Shown: positions 10,916-20,617, counted from the stretch's first letter. The stretch is 64,000 nucleotides of DNA from an uncultured Chthonomonadaceae bacterium (GCA_963835065.1 CAWIEK010000049.1:704001-768000), one strand, 5' to 3'. Numbers and translations: made by a program. Notes: a model not told the origin generated them from the sequence alone.

Positions 10916-11866
10916 ATGCAGATAGGCTTAGATGATCTTGATCCGCAAATCGCCGCGAAGATGGAGGAGCGCCTGGCCGCGCCCCTGCACCACTATCTAC
11001 AGGACGATATTTTCTTCGGCATGTCCACGCGCTACAACATTCCCGGCTTTGTGCGCGGCATGAACGAGCGCGACGCGACAGAAGAAGAGCGCCGCGCCTT
11101 CGAGCATCGCCTGGAACGAGACAATGTGCAGGGCAATGTCGCCCGCGCCCGCTTCCTCGCGTTCTTTCTGGCCGCGATTGCCGGTTCGCTTGTCGCCTCC
11201 GTCACGCCCATCATCGGCATCATGTTCGCCCTGTTTACCTGGCTGCTGATTTTGCAGTCCACGTCGCACCAGATCGCGTATCGCCGTCCCGCCAACGTTT
11301 TGCGCCGGACGGTCAATGTGGAAGAACTCAACGCCGTGGTGCCCCTGCTGAAACTGTCCTCATTCGAGCGCACGTATGCCAACACGCTGCTGTGGCTCGT
11401 CAATCGGGAACACTACGCGGACGAAAATTCTCTCCGCGCCACCCTGCATGATTTGAATAAACTGCTGACGAACGCGCGACAGATGGAGCGGCAGAAGCAG
11501 CAGATCGAGGAAGCCATCCAGAACGACAGCGTGACCAATCTGGAAGCGCAACAGCACAGCATTGCGGAACAACTGGCGCAGGCGGAAGACTCGGTTGTCC
11601 GCCACGCCCTGTCTCAAAGCCTGACGCTGTGCGAAACGCGCCTGAACAATGCCCGTTCGCTCGAAACCAGCCTGAAACGCCTGGACGCGCAGCGCGAAGT
11701 GATACAGCAGACGTTTGCCCTCGTGCAATCGTCCCTGACGCACAGCCACGTTTCGCAGGTGCAGGCTACGGTTCCGCACGTCACGCATATTCAGCAATCC
11801 GTGTCGGAAATGGCATCCTCGGTAGAAAAATCCGTGCAGGAGATGCTGACGCTGCATGGGGAGTGA
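10916..11866 (+). CDS. Hypothetical membrane protein with C-terminal coiled coil (paralogue of 9686-10762)
   Basis: Starts MQIGLDDLDPQIAA. Two TM segments. LSSFERTY / LRATLHDLN / LKRLDAQREVIQQT match LTRTERVY / MRETLRQLN / LERLNTQQEAIAQT. Confidence 0.8.
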   Translation: MQIGLDDLDPQIAAKMEERLAAPLHHYLQDDIFFGMSTRYNIPGFVRGMNERDATEEERRAFEHRLERDNVQGNVARARFLAFFLAAIAGSLVASVTPIIGIMFALFTWLLILQSTSHQIAYRRPANVLRRTVNVEELNAVVPLLKLSSFERTYANTLLWLVNREHYADENSLRATLHDLNKLLTNARQMERQKQQIEEAIQNDSVTNLEAQQHSIAEQLAQAEDSVVRHALSQSLTLCETRLNNARSLETSLKRLDAQREVIQQTFALVQSSLTHSHVSQVQATVPHVTHIQQSVSEMASSVEKSVQEMLTLHGE

Positions 11867-11872
11867 GGAGGA

Positions 11873-11947
11873 GAAGTGATGAATGATGAATGATGAGTGA
11901 TGAACAGAATACCCATTCATCACTCATCATTCATCATTCATCACTTC
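11873..11947. repeat. Perfect 32-bp inverted repeat of TGATGA(A/G) heptamers, 11-nt loop
   Basis: gaagtgatgaatgatgaatgatgagtgatgaa-cagaataccca-ttcatcactcatcattcatcattcatcacttc. Confidence 0.95.
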
Positions 11948-11968
11948 CTGATTTGAAGGGAGTTCTTT

Positions 11969-13555
11969 TTGAACGGGGATGGACAGCGCGGGAAAATTGT
12001 GGTGATTGGGTCGGGGCCGATACGGATTGGGCAGGGGATTGAGTTTGACTACTGCTCCGTGCATTGCGTTTGGGCGTTGCGGGAAGCGGGCTATGCCGCG
12101 CTGATTATCAACAACAACCCGGAAACCGTGTCTACGGATTTTGATACGTCCGACCGCTTGTTTTTTGAGCCGCTTACGACTGAAGATGTGCTGAACATTC
12201 TGGATCGGGAGCAGCCGGAAGGCGTGATCGTGCAGTTCGGCGGGCAAACGGCTATCAACTTAGCCAAACCGCTGCATGACGCGGGTATCAAGATTTTCGG
12301 CTCGTCTCATGACAGCATTGATCTGGCCGAAGACCGAGATCGCTTTGAAAAAGTGCTGAACGAACTGGAAATCCCCAAGCCTGCCGGTCGCGCCATTACC
12401 CATGTGGAAGCCGCGCTTGTGGTGGCGGAAGAAATCGGCTACCCGGTTCTCGTCCGTCCCTCCTATGTGCTTGGCGGGCGGGCAATGGAAATCGTGTACA
12501 ACGCCGATGATTTACGCCGCTACATGCAGTACGCCGTAGACGTTTCGCCCAAAGCCCCTATCCTCGTAGACAAGTACATTTTGGGCAAGGAAGTGGAAGT
12601 GGACGTTATCAGCGACGGCGTGGATTGCCTTCTGCCCGGCATCATGGAACACATTGAGCGCGCGGGAGTTCATTCCGGCGACAGCATGGCCGTGTATCCG
12701 CCTCAATCCCTTTCTGAAGACATTATCGCGCAGATTGTTCGCAGCGCAACCCGTATCGCGCAGCGTTTGGAAGTGCGTGGCCTGATGAACATTCAGTTTG
12801 TCGTGGATCACGCGACGGAAACCGCGCAGGTATTGGAAGTAAACCCCCGCGCCTCCCGTACTGTTCCCTATTTAAGCAAGATTACCGGCGTCCCGATGGT
12901 TAAAGTCGCCACAAAGGTGATGCTTGGCGAGTCGCTCCAATCGCAGGGCTATCAATCCGGCCTGTACCCCAATCAGGGCAGTATCGCCGTAAAAGCGCCC
13001 GTGTTTTCGTTCCAGAAACTCGCCAAAGTAGACATCAGCCTGGGACCGGAAATGAAAAGCACGGGCGAAATTATGGGAATGGACGCGCAGTACCCGCTCG
13101 CCCTGTACAAAGCAATGGTGGCGTCAGGTATCGGCGTTCCCAACGGCGGCAGCATGATCGTCACGGTTGCGGATGCCGACAAAGCGGAAGCCGTGCCGAT
13201 TGTGCGCGATTTCGCCCGCCTGGGCTTCCGCGTGTTCGCAACGGGCGGCACGGCGCGTTACCTACAGGAACACGATATACCCGCAGAAACCGTAAAAAAA
13301 CTGCATGACGGCGAAGGCAACATCGTGGATTTAATTCGCAGTGGTGAAATAAACCTGCTCATCAACACGCTTTCTAACGACAAGCGCATCGAGCGGGAAG
13401 GCGCGCGCATCCGCCGCGCATCCGTTGAAGCGGGCGTTCCCTGCCTGACCAGCCTCGACACCGCCCGCGCCCTTGCCATCGCCCTCGAAGCCCGACAGCG
13501 CGGCGACGAGTTCGCCCTGGCAACAGTGGATGAATACATGAAGAGACAAGGATGA
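11969..13555 (+). CDS. carB: Carbamoyl-phosphate synthase large subunit, C-terminal half (with MGS-like domain)
   Basis: [79 protein letters not shown] start after GAAGGGAG. Confidence 0.95.
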   Translation: MNGDGQRGKIVVIGSGPIRIGQGIEFDYCSVHCVWALREAGYAALIINNNPETVSTDFDTSDRLFFEPLTTEDVLNILDREQPEGVIVQFGGQTAINLAKPLHDAGIKIFGSSHDSIDLAEDRDRFEKVLNELEIPKPAGRAITHVEAALVVAEEIGYPVLVRPSYVLGGRAMEIVYNADDLRRYMQYAVDVSPKAPILVDKYILGKEVEVDVISDGVDCLLPGIMEHIERAGVHSGDSMAVYPPQSLSEDIIAQIVRSATRIAQRLEVRGLMNIQFVVDHATETAQVLEVNPRASRTVPYLSKITGVPMVKVATKVMLGESLQSQGYQSGLYPNQGSIAVKAPVFSFQKLAKVDISLGPEMKSTGEIMGMDAQYPLALYKAMVASGIGVPNGGSMIVTVADADKAEAVPIVRDFARLGFRVFATGGTARYLQEHDIPAETVKKLHDGEGNIVDLIRSGEINLLINTLSNDKRIEREGARIRRASVEAGVPCLTSLDTARALAIALEARQRGDEFALATVDEYMKRQG

Positions 13556-13728
13556 AGGACGGAAGATAAGGATGAAAGATGAAGGATGAAGGATGAACTT
13601 GGTTTCTTCCTTGCCTTACTTCAATTTATAATATACCAAAGAACAACCCCTCTCCAGCATTGGAAAGGGGTTGTTTTAAAATGAAGGTGAGGCAGCAGGA
13701 ATGTTTTCATCCTTCATCCTTCATCCTT
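13550..13728. repeat. Inverted pair of (GGATGAA)n / (TTCATCC)n arms between convergent genes
   Basis: Left arm 13550-13597 contains the carB TGA. Right arm is 13705-13728. Confidence 0.85.
13642..13677. terminator. Intrinsic terminator-like hairpin, possibly bidirectional
   Basis: aacaacccctctcca-gcat-tggaaaggggttgtt-tt between convergent genes. Confidence 0.65.
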
Positions 13729-13731
13729 GTC

Positions 13732-14529
13732 TTACAGTGTGCCGCCCGCCGCGCCTGCGCCTGCGCCCGCGCCGGGTCCGTTGTTGCGGCGTCCACCGCC
13801 GAAGCCGCCGAAGGCCGGCTGCGGATGGTCACGGGTGTACTTTTCCACCATCGCGCGTTGCGTGGGCGTCAGGAGCGCAGAAACTTTGTCCTGGTTGTCT
13901 TTCTGCATCGCCATCATATCTTCGCGGGACATGCGCTGACCGGACTGTTGCGCCGCCTGCCGCTTGTCGCGCATTTCCTGCTGGCTCTGGGTCGCCTGCG
14001 CCAGAATCTTTTTCTTCTGGTCGGCGGTGAGCTTCAGGTCGCCAAGAACGCCGGAAGGAATGCCCGCCTGCTGCATCGCGGTCAATTCTTGCAGGAAGGC
14101 CGGCAGTTTCGCTTTCTGGTCATCCGTCAGGACCGCCTGAATGTCCGTATCGGCTTTGGTGTTGATTTCGCGGCGCTTCTGGAAGGCTTCCTGCATCGCC
14201 TGCGGATCGGCGGGCGGCTGGCCCGGCGTGAACGCGGGCGGGGCAGGCAAGGCTTTGGTATCGGCATCCTTCTTGTCCAGAATCGTCTTGATTTTCGACT
14301 TCTGATCCGCCGTGAGCGTCAGGCCGGTGTCAATCGTACCGACAGACAGGCTCGCCAGCGTCACGCCGCCGAACTGTCCGAAACCGCCTTGTCCGCGTCC
14401 CTGGCGACCCCCGCCAGCGGCAGGCGCTTGTCCGCCAGCAGCCGGAGCCCCCTGTGCCCATGCGCCTATGCCTGTGCAGGTCAATGCCAATGCGGTGAGA
14501 CTCAGCAGCCCTAATGTGTTGCGTTTCAT
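13732..14529 (-). CDS. Secreted Spy/CpxP-like (LTxxQ-motif) helical protein
   Basis: Signal peptide (AWA|Q). Motifs LTADQK, LTDDQK, LTADQK, LTPTQR. Gly-rich ends. Confidence 0.75.
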   Translation of the reverse strand: MKRNTLGLLSLTALALTCTGIGAWAQGAPAAGGQAPAAGGGRQGRGQGGFGQFGGVTLASLSVGTIDTGLTLTADQKSKIKTILDKKDADTKALPAPPAFTPGQPPADPQAMQEAFQKRREINTKADTDIQAVLTDDQKAKLPAFLQELTAMQQAGIPSGVLGDLKLTADQKKKILAQATQSQQEMRDKRQAAQQSGQRMSREDMMAMQKDNQDKVSALLTPTQRAMVEKYTRDHPQPAFGGFGGGRRNNGPGAGAGAGAAGGTL

Positions 14530-14619
14530 TCGTTACATCCTCCCCTTGAAATAGGTGAATAGTGAGTGCGCGTGAATAGAGGGTGCATCCTCCCTACTCA
14601 TGTTTTCTGTGCCGACTGA

Positions 14620-14645
14620 TAGACGCCTACGGTTCCGAAAAGTTA
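14620..14645 (-). promoter_or_regulatory. Putative ECF-sigma promoter (TAAC-N16-CGTCTA)
   Basis: Minus strand taacttttcggaaccgtaggcgtctat, upstream of the LTxxQ gene. Confidence 0.45.
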
Positions 14646-14769
14646 TGTTCTTGATTCGATTTTTGTGAAAAATAATTCGTAACGCTGGCAACCCCTGCAC
14701 TTCGAAAACGCGCAGGAAGCGTATTTACAGGAGCGTAGAGGTTGATTTACAGTTATGGAGAACTTAATT

Positions 14770-15420
14770 CTAAGGTTGGGCGTTATGAGAAGCGCGATGC
14801 TGCCGATGCAGATGGTAGCGTTTCGGCTCCACTTGTTGACTCTGGCTCATGCGCTGATCGGAACTTTCCCCATTGCCGGGTTTGGTTTGCAAGGCTAAGG
14901 CGCGGTTATATTCCTGCGTCATCAGGCTTGCAATTTGATTCCTCTGTTCGGAGTTCAGCGTCATGGCGATGTCACGCGAAGTTCGGCGCGATACTTCGGC
15001 GCGTTGTTGTTGCATGGCAAGCACGGCATCCGGTTCGCCCTGTTTGTCCGGTGACATCACAAGCGCTTGCATCTGCGTCTTCTGCCGGTTCAAAATCGCC
15101 TGTATCTGTTCGCGCTGCATCGCGCTCAATTTCATCTTCGTATCTATCACGTCTACGGACATATCGGACAAGTGCTTGCTCGTATCGAGCGTTTGCGGCT
15201 GATCCACATTCTTTCGCGCCCCTGCCAACTCCTGAACCGACGGTTCTGCGCCCGTCTCATTCTCATTGGTTTGCGCCCGTGTATTGGAGTTTGCCGGTCT
15301 GTTCGTTCCGGCCTGTTTGCCTACATCGGGATTGGCGTTTTGAGCCGAAGCCATTCCCGCCGAGCAGATCAGCGCGAGTGCCACTGATCCAAATATTTTG
15401 CCGTTGTTGTGTCGCATCAT
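14770..15420 (-). CDS. Secreted helical protein, distantly LTxxQ-like
   Basis: Signal peptide (ASA|Q), LSAMQREQI and LNSEQRNQI. ATG 15420 after GGAG. Confidence 0.6.
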   Translation of the reverse strand: MMRHNNGKIFGSVALALICSAGMASAQNANPDVGKQAGTNRPANSNTRAQTNENETGAEPSVQELAGARKNVDQPQTLDTSKHLSDMSVDVIDTKMKLSAMQREQIQAILNRQKTQMQALVMSPDKQGEPDAVLAMQQQRAEVSRRTSRDIAMTLNSEQRNQIASLMTQEYNRALALQTKPGNGESSDQRMSQSQQVEPKRYHLHRQHRASHNAQP

Positions 15421-15491
15421 GGCTATTTGTTCTCCAATTGACGTCAGGATCAATTGTACAGCCTGCCCCGAAATGGCAGGTAACTGCCGAA

Positions 15492-15518
15492 AAGACGCGC
15501 CACTTTCAACGAATGTTC
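15492..15518 (-). promoter_or_regulatory. Putative ECF-sigma promoter (GAAC-N17-CGTC)
   Basis: Minus strand gaacattcgttgaaagtggcgcgtctt. Confidence 0.4.
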
Positions 15519-15529
15519 AAATTTTTTCG

Positions 15530-17869
15530 TCAGCGAACGCGCGAACCGGAGGGAACATCGGTATCGGGCGCGAGCAGGATGGCGCGGCCTTCCACGTCGG
15601 CAGCCAATAACATGCCCTGCGACTCGATGCCGCGCATTTTGCGGGGCTGTAAGTTGGCGACCACAACCACTTTGCGCCCGACCAGCGCATCCGGCTGATA
15701 ATACTCGGCGATACCCGCCAAAATCGTGCGCGTATCGTCCTCGCCAAGCTGCACGGTCAACCGCAGCAGTTTTGTCGCGTTGGGAACCGGCTCTGCCGCC
15801 AGCACCTCTCCCACCCGCAGTTCCACCTTCATAAAATCATCAATCGTAATCGGCGCGCTTTCCGGCGCGGCAGCCGGGGCCGCAACCGGCGTACCGGGCG
15901 GAACGGTGGTTGGTGGCTGGTGGTTGGTGGCTGGTGGCTGGCTCAAATTTGTTGTATCGCTCACAGCGTTCGTAGTCTCCTGTTGTTGGATTTTTGATTT
16001 TCGATTTTCGATTGACGATTGGGCTTCTTCTGTTCCCTGTTTCCTGTTCCCTGTTCCCTGTCCTGCTGTCTTCTCCCTCTCTCCTCTTCTCCCCGTCTCC
16101 CCGTCTGCCCCCCTCTGCGCCGGGAAGCTTCCCAAACGCGCGTGGGCGGTGGCGTCAACAGTAAGGTCTTGCAGGCGGGGGAAAATGGGTTGGGGAGAAG
16201 CGACGCGGGTACCTGCCGGCAGTCCGCCCCATTTCAGGTCGTCCCAATTCGCGGCGCGTTCCGACAAATTCAGCCCCAGTTGCGCATAAATGGCATCAGC
16301 GGCAAACGGCATGAACGGCGACACGAGCAGGGCAGTAATGCGCGTGGCTTCCAGACAGGTATACAGCACAAGGGCAAGCTGTTCTTTTGCCGCCTCGTCG
16401 CCACCATTGGCCGCTTTCGCCAGCGCCCAGGGCGCTTTTTCGTCAATGTATTTGTTCATGCGCGCGACAAGCCGCCACACGGCTTCGAGCGCAAGATTCA
16501 GGCGGAACTCGGCCAACGCTTTGGTATAATCTTCCTGCACCTGCAAGGCAAGGGCGGCGATTTCATGGTCATGGTCTGTCGTTTCGGGAACCACGCCCTC
16601 GTAATACTTCACCATCATGTTGATGGTGCGATTGAGCAGGTTGCCCAGATCATTGGCAAGATCGGTGTTGAAGCGGCGCAGGCAGTTTTCTACCGTAAAT
16701 TCGGTATCCATGCCGAAATTCATTTCGCGGCACAGTAAATACCGTTGCGCGTCTGCGCCTAAATCAAATGTCGTGCCCGCGCGCTCGGCCAGAAACTCGG
16801 AAAAGCGCGTCGGGTGCGGCAGCCCGCCCGTGCTTTTGCCCGCCTTCTCTCCCGGCGGCAGTTTCCATTCGGACGGCAGCGTCCACCAGCCATGCGCGAA
16901 CACCTGTTTGGGTAACGGCAAGTCCAGCGCCATCAGCATCGCCGGCCACAGTGTGGCATGGAAGCGCACGAATATCTCCTTGCCCATCAAGTGTACGTCG
17001 GCAGGCCAGAGGGCAAAGGATGAAGGATGAAGGATGAAGGATGAATCAGGAGTTGATTGTTGGTAGTTGATAGTTGATAGCGTATTCGCTTCTGTCTTCT
17101 CTTCATCCTTCATCCTTCCGCCTTCATCCTTATCTGCGTCCGGCCAGCCCGTCGCCGTCAGGTAATTGATCAGGGCGTCGAACCAGACGTAGATAACTTT
17201 GCTGTCGTCGCCGGGGAACGGGATGCCCCACCCTTTGTTGGCGCGGGTGATGCACATATCACGCAGGCCGTCCCTGACAAAAGCAACCACTTCGTTGCGG
17301 CGAAATTCCGGGAGCAGGAAACCTGGATTGGCTTCGATGTGGGCGAGCAGGCGGTCGCCGAACGCGGACAATCGAAAAAAATAGTTTTCCTCTTTCACGC
17401 GCTGCACGGGCTTGCCGGTTTCCCGCGCCGTTCCCCGCTCCTCATCCTGAATAATCACGTCGCTGTCACGGAAAAACGTTTCGTCGCTGACGCTGTACCA
17501 GCCCTCATAAATATCTTTGTAAACGTACCCGCGCTCCAGCAGGCGGGCAAAAAACGTCTGTACGGTTTCAACGTGGCGCGGGTCCGTCGTCCGCATAAAC
17601 ACATCGTAAGCGACGTGCAATTGATCCCAACATTCGCGGAACGCGCCGGCAAGTTCGTCCACGAACTCTTGGGGGGGTACGCCCGCCGCTTCGGCCGCTT
17701 CCTGCACTTTGGTGGCATTCTCATCCGTTCCGGTCAGCAGAAAGGCTTGCCGCCCCCGCAGCCGTTGGTAACGCGCCAATACGTCGCAGGCAACCGTCGT
17801 CAACGCCGCGCCGACATGCGGCAGGCCGTTGACATAATAGATGGGCGTGGTGATGTAGTAGGGTTTCAT
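15530..17869 (-). CDS. metG: Methionyl-tRNA synthetase with C-terminal tRNA-binding (Trbp111-like) domain
   Basis: YYITTPIYYVN, TGTDEN, EENYFFRLS, YVWFDALINY, LANDLGNLLNRT, ITIDDFMKVELRVG, NLQPRKMRGIESQGM. Confidence 0.95.
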   Translation of the reverse strand: MKPYYITTPIYYVNGLPHVGAALTTVACDVLARYQRLRGRQAFLLTGTDENATKVQEAAEAAGVPPQEFVDELAGAFRECWDQLHVAYDVFMRTTDPRHVETVQTFFARLLERGYVYKDIYEGWYSVSDETFFRDSDVIIQDEERGTARETGKPVQRVKEENYFFRLSAFGDRLLAHIEANPGFLLPEFRRNEVVAFVRDGLRDMCITRANKGWGIPFPGDDSKVIYVWFDALINYLTATGWPDADKDEGGRMKDEEKTEANTLSTINYQQSTPDSSFILHPSSFALWPADVHLMGKEIFVRFHATLWPAMLMALDLPLPKQVFAHGWWTLPSEWKLPPGEKAGKSTGGLPHPTRFSEFLAERAGTTFDLGADAQRYLLCREMNFGMDTEFTVENCLRRFNTDLANDLGNLLNRTINMMVKYYEGVVPETTDHDHEIAALALQVQEDYTKALAEFRLNLALEAVWRLVARMNKYIDEKAPWALAKAANGGDEAAKEQLALVLYTCLEATRITALLVSPFMPFAADAIYAQLGLNLSERAANWDDLKWGGLPAGTRVASPQPIFPRLQDLTVDATAHARLGSFPAQRGADGETGRRGEREKTAGQGTGNRKQGTEEAQSSIENRKSKIQQQETTNAVSDTTNLSQPPATNHQPPTTVPPGTPVAAPAAAPESAPITIDDFMKVELRVGEVLAAEPVPNATKLLRLTVQLGEDDTRTILAGIAEYYQPDALVGRKVVVVANLQPRKMRGIESQGMLLAADVEGRAILLAPDTDVPSGSRVR
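15905..16118. repeat. Composite in-frame repeat insert in the MetRS linker (four unit types)
   Basis: On the coding strand: GACGGGGA octamers, then GGGAACA, AATCGAA and CCACCA(A/G) heptamers. Peptide GADGETGRRGERE..GQGTGNRKQGT..SIENRKSKI..QPPATNHQPPT. Confidence 0.85.
17016..17131. repeat. In-frame palindromic insert in the MetRS catalytic domain
   Basis: (GGATGAA)n..(TTCATCC)n enclosing a TAGTTGA module. Peptide DKDEGGRMKDEEKTEANTLSTINYQQSTPDSSFILHPSSF between GWPD and LWPADVHLMGK. Confidence 0.9.
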
Positions 17870-17875
17870 GGCAAG

Positions 17876-17995
17876 GGTAGTCAGTAGTCAGTAGTCAGTA
17901 GTTTTGCAAGCACAGTTTTGCGCGTTGAAAAGCGGAATGTACTCATCCTCCATAACAACGCGCTCCTCTACTGACTACTGACTACTGTCTACTTC
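17876..17995. repeat. Inverted pair of (GTAGTCA)n / (TGACTAC)n arms
   Basis: Read directly in the spacer upstream of metG. Same unit at 27845-27957. Confidence 0.85.
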
Positions 17996-17996
17996 T

Positions 17997-18383
17997 CTAG
18001 GCATTTCTCACTTCCGCTTCGGCCTGTGCCAATGTCATGGGATCGGAGGCGGCTTCGGCGGCGAGTTCTTCTTCCGACAGGGCGGGCGCGTTGAGCAGGG
18101 CGCGGGCGGCTTCCACATTGGACGGCGCGACGTAAATGCCCAGGTTGTGCGTATCGCGTGTTACGGAGTCTACCGCGCCCATTACCGTCGTCACGCTGGC
18201 GCTTTGCAGCATCGCCGGGATGCCGGAAGCCGACAGAGTGGCGCGAACAATGTCGGCTTCTTCGTTGTCCATCGCGGTAAAGATCAGGACAGGTTCATTC
18301 CCCGCCAAAGTTGCGCCCGTATTGACCGTACCGTAAGAACGGGCGGCTTCAACATCCGGGTTGCCCTCAGTTAAATCAGACAA
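17997..18383 (-). CDS. DUF2007-like putative signal-transducing protein
   Basis: EADIVRATLSASGIPA ... IYVAPSNVEAARALL pattern. Confidence 0.65.
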   Translation of the reverse strand: MSDLTEGNPDVEAARSYGTVNTGATLAGNEPVLIFTAMDNEEADIVRATLSASGIPAMLQSASVTTVMGAVDSVTRDTHNLGIYVAPSNVEAARALLNAPALSEEELAAEAASDPMTLAQAEAEVRNA

Positions 18384-18476
18384 TGGTACTCTCCCATTCG
18401 CAAATTTCGTTCATAAAGCGTCTATGCAAGTAAGCGCGAGGCCCTCAACTAACCACCACCCCCCAACCACCCGCCA

Positions 18477-18710
18477 CTAATTGATGCCGCAGCCGCCCAT
18501 GCCCATGCAGCAGCCACCGGGTCTGCCGCAGTCCTGCATGTCCGCCATTGCTGCGCTGCCGTCGGCAGAGGTTCGGGCGGTCACGGAAAGCAGGCGCGAC
18601 ACTTTGGCCGCGCCGCATGTCGGGCATGTTACCTGTTCCAGTTGGTCGGCGCGTTTGAGTGTTTTGAACTCGTTGCGGCAATCTTTGCACATAAATTCAT
18701 AGATGGGCAT
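18477..18710 (-). CDS. FmdB-family zinc-ribbon protein
   Basis: MPIYEFMCKDC...CPTCG...RLLS and a Cys-rich tail. GGAG upstream. Confidence 0.9.
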   Translation of the reverse strand: MPIYEFMCKDCRNEFKTLKRADQLEQVTCPTCGAAKVSRLLSVTARTSADGSAAMADMQDCGRPGGCCMGMGGCGIN

Positions 18711-19710
18711 GGTCGTCCTCTCCTTCCGCAAAATCGTCTTCGGGCAAATTACGCGCCAGCGCCAGCAGTTCCGCCGCCAGGTCGGAGGCCCGCTCGGAAG
18801 CCACGTTTAGCGCTTCCCGGCGCGTATCGGCATTGACCGTCACGGCTTCTTCGGCGTCTTCCTGCAACTGCTCCACGCTGCACCCCCGGCAGTCGTGGCA
18901 TTTTTCCGTCTTTTCGATACGCAGTTCCGTTGCGGGAAATTCCAGTTCGGCCTTGCCATCAAGCAACTGTACGAGCGCGATATTAGTTTTGAGGTTCAGG
19001 TCGAGAACCTTGCCCTGCCCGCTTGACGACATCACGATTTCACCGATTTGCGGCAAGCGTATCTTCGGCTCACTGTCCGGGTCGTGTTCGTAGCGCAGGC
19101 AGCACATCAGTTTGCCGCACACGCCGGAAAATTTCACGGGATTGAGAAAAAGGCTTTGATCCTTCGCCATCTTCATGGAAATTGGCGCAAAGTCGGACAG
19201 GAAGGTAGCGCAGCATAGCGTCAGGCCGCACGGCCCGATGCCGCCGATCATTTTGGCCTGATCCCGCGCCCCGACCTGATGCAGTTGTACCTTGCAGCGC
19301 AACTGCCCCGCCACATCCCGGACGAGTTCACGGAAATCCACCCGCGCTTCCGCCGCAAAGTAAATCGTCACCTGACTGCCATCGAAGTTGTACTCCGCCT
19401 GCAGCAGCTTCATGGGCATCTCATGGGATTTCACGCGCTCCTGACATAGGGCAAGCGCCTGCCGCGCCTTAATGCGGTTTTGGCGCTCCTGCTCCAGGTC
19501 GCGGTCTTCGGCTAATCGCATCACGCGCTTCAGGGGCGATTGTATCTCGTCCATGCCGACTTCGCGCAAGCCGATTTTCACAACTCCGAGTTCCGCGCCC
19601 CGCGTGGTTTCCACAATCACGCGGTCACTTTCCTCTAAATTCAGCCCATCCGGGTCGAACCAATACGATTTGGCAACGCGCTTGAACGCGACGCCGACAC
19701 AAACCGGCAT
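18697..19710 (-). CDS. ricT: PSP1-domain protein (RicT/YaaT family)
   Basis: RVDFRELVRD, QVGARDQAKMIGGIGPCGLTLCC, MAKDQSLFLNP.K.SG.CGKLMCCLRYE. Confidence 0.9.
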   Translation of the reverse strand: MPVCVGVAFKRVAKSYWFDPDGLNLEESDRVIVETTRGAELGVVKIGLREVGMDEIQSPLKRVMRLAEDRDLEQERQNRIKARQALALCQERVKSHEMPMKLLQAEYNFDGSQVTIYFAAEARVDFRELVRDVAGQLRCKVQLHQVGARDQAKMIGGIGPCGLTLCCATFLSDFAPISMKMAKDQSLFLNPVKFSGVCGKLMCCLRYEHDPDSEPKIRLPQIGEIVMSSSGQGKVLDLNLKTNIALVQLLDGKAELEFPATELRIEKTEKCHDCRGCSVEQLQEDAEEAVTVNADTRREALNVASERASDLAAELLALARNLPEDDFAEGEDDHAHL

Positions 19711-19822
19711 AATAGTTACTTCCTTGCTTGTAATGTCCAGCCAGCCTGTTCCTCTTACAGAAGAAATGCTCTGAATATGTTAGGCAGCGTCCAGTGAATG
19801 ACAGTAAATTACCGCGCAGGCG

Positions 19823-20617
19823 TTATTCTTTGGATTGCAGTCTTGCCAGTTCCGCCTTCAACCGCGCGATTTCCGCTTCCGCGCTTTCCGCCCGCTGCGC
19901 TTCCTGCTCGGCCCGATTTGTTTCTTGTTCCGCGCGTTGCGCTTCCTGTTCAGCCCGTAAGGACTCCTGCTCGGCGCGTTGGGACTGCGCTTCCAGCGCG
20001 ACTTCCAATTCGTTATAATCCGGCAGGTACACACCCCGCTGCGCGTCGAAGAACTTCAAGCGGTTGCCCTGTACCGTCAGTTCCAGCCCCAATTGTTCGC
20101 TGTGCAGGCGGCCATCGGCGTCCGGCTCAATGGGCGCGTAGCCGTTTTCACCCAAACGGTAGCCGCGCAGCCGCGTGGAAATGTAGTCCGCTGTCGGGTC
20201 GAACAAAAAGTATTCCGCAACACGCAGCACGTCCTGATACTTTCGGTACTTGCTTTGCGTGTCTTCGTTGCGGGTGCTTTTGGACGTGATTTCGATTACC
20301 ACACTGGGGAAATGATCGCCATTCTCCCACGACTTGTACGAGTCGCGCATCCGCATTTCCACGCCGAAAATCACATAGCAGTCCGGCGAAACAACCGAAC
20401 TTGGCTTACCCTGCTCGTAATAGAGAAAGTTATCGCTGGCAACATACACGTTGGGCTGGGGAGCAAACCACGAGCGCAGGGCCTTGCAGCAGTACGCCGT
20501 CACATCCCAATGTAAGTCGGTCTCGGCCATCGGCTCTCCATCGCTGGTCGGGTAGAAAGGTTCTTTGATTTTGGAAGCGGTTTTTGCCGCAACGGTTGCC
20601 GTCATAGTGCCCTCCAC
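19823..20617 (-). CDS. Uma2 (DUF820) family PD-(D/E)XK endonuclease with C-terminal RAEQEAQ heptads
   Basis: YPTSDGEPMAETDLH, SPDCYVIFGV, VIEITSKSTRNED, EYFLFDP, HSEQLGLEL. Confidence 0.9.
   Translation of the reverse strand: MEGTMTATVAAKTASKIKEPFYPTSDGEPMAETDLHWDVTAYCCKALRSWFAPQPNVYVASDNFLYYEQGKPSSVVSPDCYVIFGVEMRMRDSYKSWENGDHFPSVVIEITSKSTRNEDTQSKYRKYQDVLRVAEYFLFDPTADYISTRLRGYRLGENGYAPIEPDADGRLHSEQLGLELTVQGNRLKFFDAQRGVYLPDYNELEVALEAQSQRAEQESLRAEQEAQRAEQETNRAEQEAQRAESAEAEIARLKAELARLQSKE

Noticed and set aside
9395..11968. Gap in carB as a group I/II intron, intein or IS
   Set aside because: No reverse transcriptase, homing endonuclease or transposase motifs. Both halves have a proper stop or their own RBS and start.
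19823..20000. 21-nt repeats in the Uma2 gene (and 12-nt repeats in the Rpn-like gene) as part of the palindromic repeat system
   Set aside because: They are the usual coding coiled-coil (RAEQEAQ) and GRxEG tails of these families and have no inverted partner.
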